19,949 nucleotides of DNA from the NCBI GenBank assembly GCA_001179505.1, contig CDMY01000790.1, positions 1-19,949 of the forward strand, read 5' to 3'. Both the position numbers and the translations under genes were made by a program. The notes below the pieces were generated by a model, which searched no databases, was not told the DNA's origin, and worked only from the letters and a program-made list of their open reading frames with translations. Below, piece by piece: positions 17,461 through 19,949 of this stretch (position 1 is the first letter of the stretch; each line of letters begins with the position of its first letter). The stretch is from Vitrella brassicaformis CCMP3155. Its lineage: Eukaryota; Protista; Chromerida.

Positions 17461-18586
17461 GCATTGAAGCGGCGCCGCGAGTGGCGACCGAGACTTTCTC
17501 TTCATATCGATTAGGGTACACGACGATGACGCAACACCAACATTCCGGCGATGCTACTCGAGGCCGTGGTCGAGAGGGAGACCATGCATTCCAGCTCTGA
17601 CATCGCGACGACCTGAGGAACCGTAGCGACCGAAAGCCCTCGTAGATAGGAATATAGCCGTCGTCGCTCGTGCAAGACGATCGAAGCGAACACTCGTCAA
17701 AGTCGAAGTGCGCCGGTGCAACTGCCGATAGACGCTCGGAAAACCCGTACGCTCCTAGCGATTTGTCAATGATTAGAGTCATGATACGAAGAAATGTCGG
17801 ACGTGGGTGTACAAGGGAGAGACACACAGACAGGCAGGATGTATGTGGCTGATAACCTGCGTACTTGCTCAGTTGCTCCTCAGTATTGAGTGCAAGGACA
17901 AAGTCAGACGGTCAGGCACCGAAGCACCATCAGGGCCATTTGCCGTTGTGGTCCATCGTGTCCTTGCAGAGCCTCATTGTGGCGTGGCTGCCTGCGAACC
18001 GCATCTAACCGCATCGAAAGAACACACAGCATATGCATGTTTGCATGCATTCCTCTTTAAGGACGGAGCCGGAGATGAGACGGAGCAAAATCTTTTGCAG
18101 CTGATGGACGGTGACGGAGCCGCCGAGAAGGAGATGACCAGGCCTGGGCGGGATGGGAGGAGAGGAGAGGAGACGCCTTGCCAAAGTGCTCGCCGAGCAG
18201 ACCTGTCGGGGGCTCCTGCAGTGGCTGAAGACGCTGGGCTGGGACGGTGGAAGACTGGGACTCAGGCTGGGAGGGTGGGAGAAACGCGATAAGCTGATCC
18301 AGCCGACGCAGAAGCGAGACGCCCGCGAGCTCGCCCCCATACGATCCCTGAATCTGCAAGCGAGCGGGCAACGACAGCGACGAACGACGCAACACGGCGT
18401 GTATGCTGCGGTACCCCCGCCAGCCCATGTCAACGCACACAACAGTGTGCTCCTGACTGAGGATGATGGCCTCATGCGAGCTTGGGGGCTTTGCATGCAT
18501 TTCGCGACGCGGCGAAAGCGGAGACGGAGGAGGGCAACTCATTGAAGCTGGAGGTGCGTGGGCTTGGCTAGGAACATTTGGCCCGG

Positions 18587-19545
18587 CTAGTGAGAAAGCT
18601 GGGCAAAAAGTTCTTCCACGTGCGATTTCTTCCCTTCATGTCCGACATCGTTGCTCGTTTTGCACCACTTCTTGACCGTCTGGTGCTTAGCCTCGAAAGG
18701 AAAGCACCAGACGGACCTCAGTGGGCCAAAGCGAGCAATGTCGAGTGGAAAATGCATGTATGCATGGAGCTTCGGATAGCCCCTGCCGTACAGGCGAACA
18801 AAATCATGCGCCCAGTCCTCAATCATGCCACCTAGCTCATCTATCTCTCTCTGACTGATCCTTCTCTGTTGGATGCGGCTGGAGATGGCGACGTGCTTCT
18901 TGAAGCAGTGGACGTGGTCGAGAGCCACGACCCTCTGCGAGTCGCTGGCGTCGTCGGGAATGGACTCGGACAGCAGCACGCACAGCAGAGGGGCGAAGTG
19001 CATCATGCTGGCTGCCTTGGGCGAAAACGACGAGGGAGCATCGGGCACGCGCGACACACGGTCCCTGGACGAATTGTAGGAGTGCACCACACGCTTCAAG
19101 CACCGCTGCAGGTCAGCCATGGTCATCCATCCCCGCTGCGACCACATCGTCAACAGGTTCCTCACCTGAGGCCGTCCCAAACAACACAGAGATGGATGGA
19201 TGGATGGATGGTTTGTTGGCTGTGTATGTCGGTGAATTCCGTACCTCGTACAGCATCGTGCCCTCGTAGATGATGTGCATGGGGTCGCCCACGACGCAGT
19301 CCAGGAATCCACTGTGGGCTGCGCTTCAGGGCTGTTGTAGTCAGGGCCGTCCTCGTCGTCACGATCGATGCCGCACATCTCATCCGCGCAAGAGTGATGA
19401 AACCAATGACCGCTGCACACAAGTCGACACGACACACACATGAATGGATGAATGTCAATCGCCCTCAGCTTCCCCCTTACCATTTGTCGCATTTGACCCT
19501 GTTCTTCGTGCCCATCGCTGTCCCGCACACGCCACAAAGGTCGAT
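18587..19545 (-). pseudogene. EnSpm/CACTA (CMC superfamily) transposase C-terminal half fused to an upstream PHD finger; spliced, one frameshift, 5' end not found
   Basis: Exons <=19545-19481, 19412-19245, 19165-18587 with GT-AG introns of 68 and 79 nt. CMC motifs GDPMHIIYEG, PKLHAYMH, DIARFGPL, WCFPFEAKH. PHD CGVC-x11-CDK|C-GHWFHHSC. 1-nt frameshift at ~19324. A further 60-nt intron ending at 18587 may extend the C-terminus. Confidence 0.8.
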
Positions 19546-19949
19546 GGGCCTCGCCGCGAACGCGGCTCGACGAACGGTTACGAGGGGGGAGGGGCCCCCG
19601 AGTAATGGGAGGCGATCGGGAAGGGACACCAGGCAAAATGTCGCACCAAAGTCGATTATCCACAAACTTTAGGACACAAGACAAGCTTATGTGAGTGCAC
19701 CCACTCGGTCAGGCTGCGAGGGGGGGGGGTTGAGCTTGTGAGCGTGGGCGAAACTTTCCGGGCGAAGCTCTGGTGAACTTCAAGGCTCAAGATGACGGTG
19801 CGTGTCTGCACGCATTCATATCCTGCGCAGGACGGTGCGAAGGTGAGCGCCGGACGGATGAGCATGCCGCCAAGATGGAACATTCGGTGATGTGTGTGTG
19901 TCAGTGTGTGTATAACGTACGCATGTGTGAATGCAGATGAGGTCCAAGA

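Noticed and set aside
17931-17954. Minus-strand GPQRQMAL resembling the retroelement's GPQRRQMAL
   Set aside because: Similarity does not extend on either side; likely coincidence.
18005-18545. ORFs downstream of the transposase as its continuation
   Set aside because: Several frames are partly plausible, but none could be joined by a consistent splice or matched to a known motif.
18586-18592. CACTAG at the transposase stop as a CACTA terminal inverted repeat
   Set aside because: It coincides with the stop codon or splice acceptor, there is no matching second terminus or subterminal repeats, and a 5-mer is expected by chance.

Overview
Eukaryotic, GC-rich protist-type DNA with short (48-79 nt) GT/GC-AG introns; the style is compatible with a chromerid such as Vitrella, but that is inference only. 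The left third (1-~7200) is a CRE-clade non-LTR retrotransposon (RT plus restriction-like endonuclease), present as four overlapping contigs joined by exactly-300-N gaps. Its 5' ORF half lies on the minus strand, back-to-back with a decayed plus-strand RT/RLE half. The middle holds a 9-exon secreted aryl-sulfate sulfotransferase gene (Ig-like N-terminus, two GC-AG introns) and an 8-exon COPI-associated/Tvp15-like membrane protein gene, both on the minus strand. Next is a CGA-rich 3-kb island ending in a degenerate ~143-bp tandem array with 3-unit higher-order structure. At the right end is a spliced, frameshifted EnSpm/CACTA (CMC)-type transposase C-terminal half that appears fused directly to a PHD finger, the most unusual feature found. 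All calls are by eye; no searches were run.
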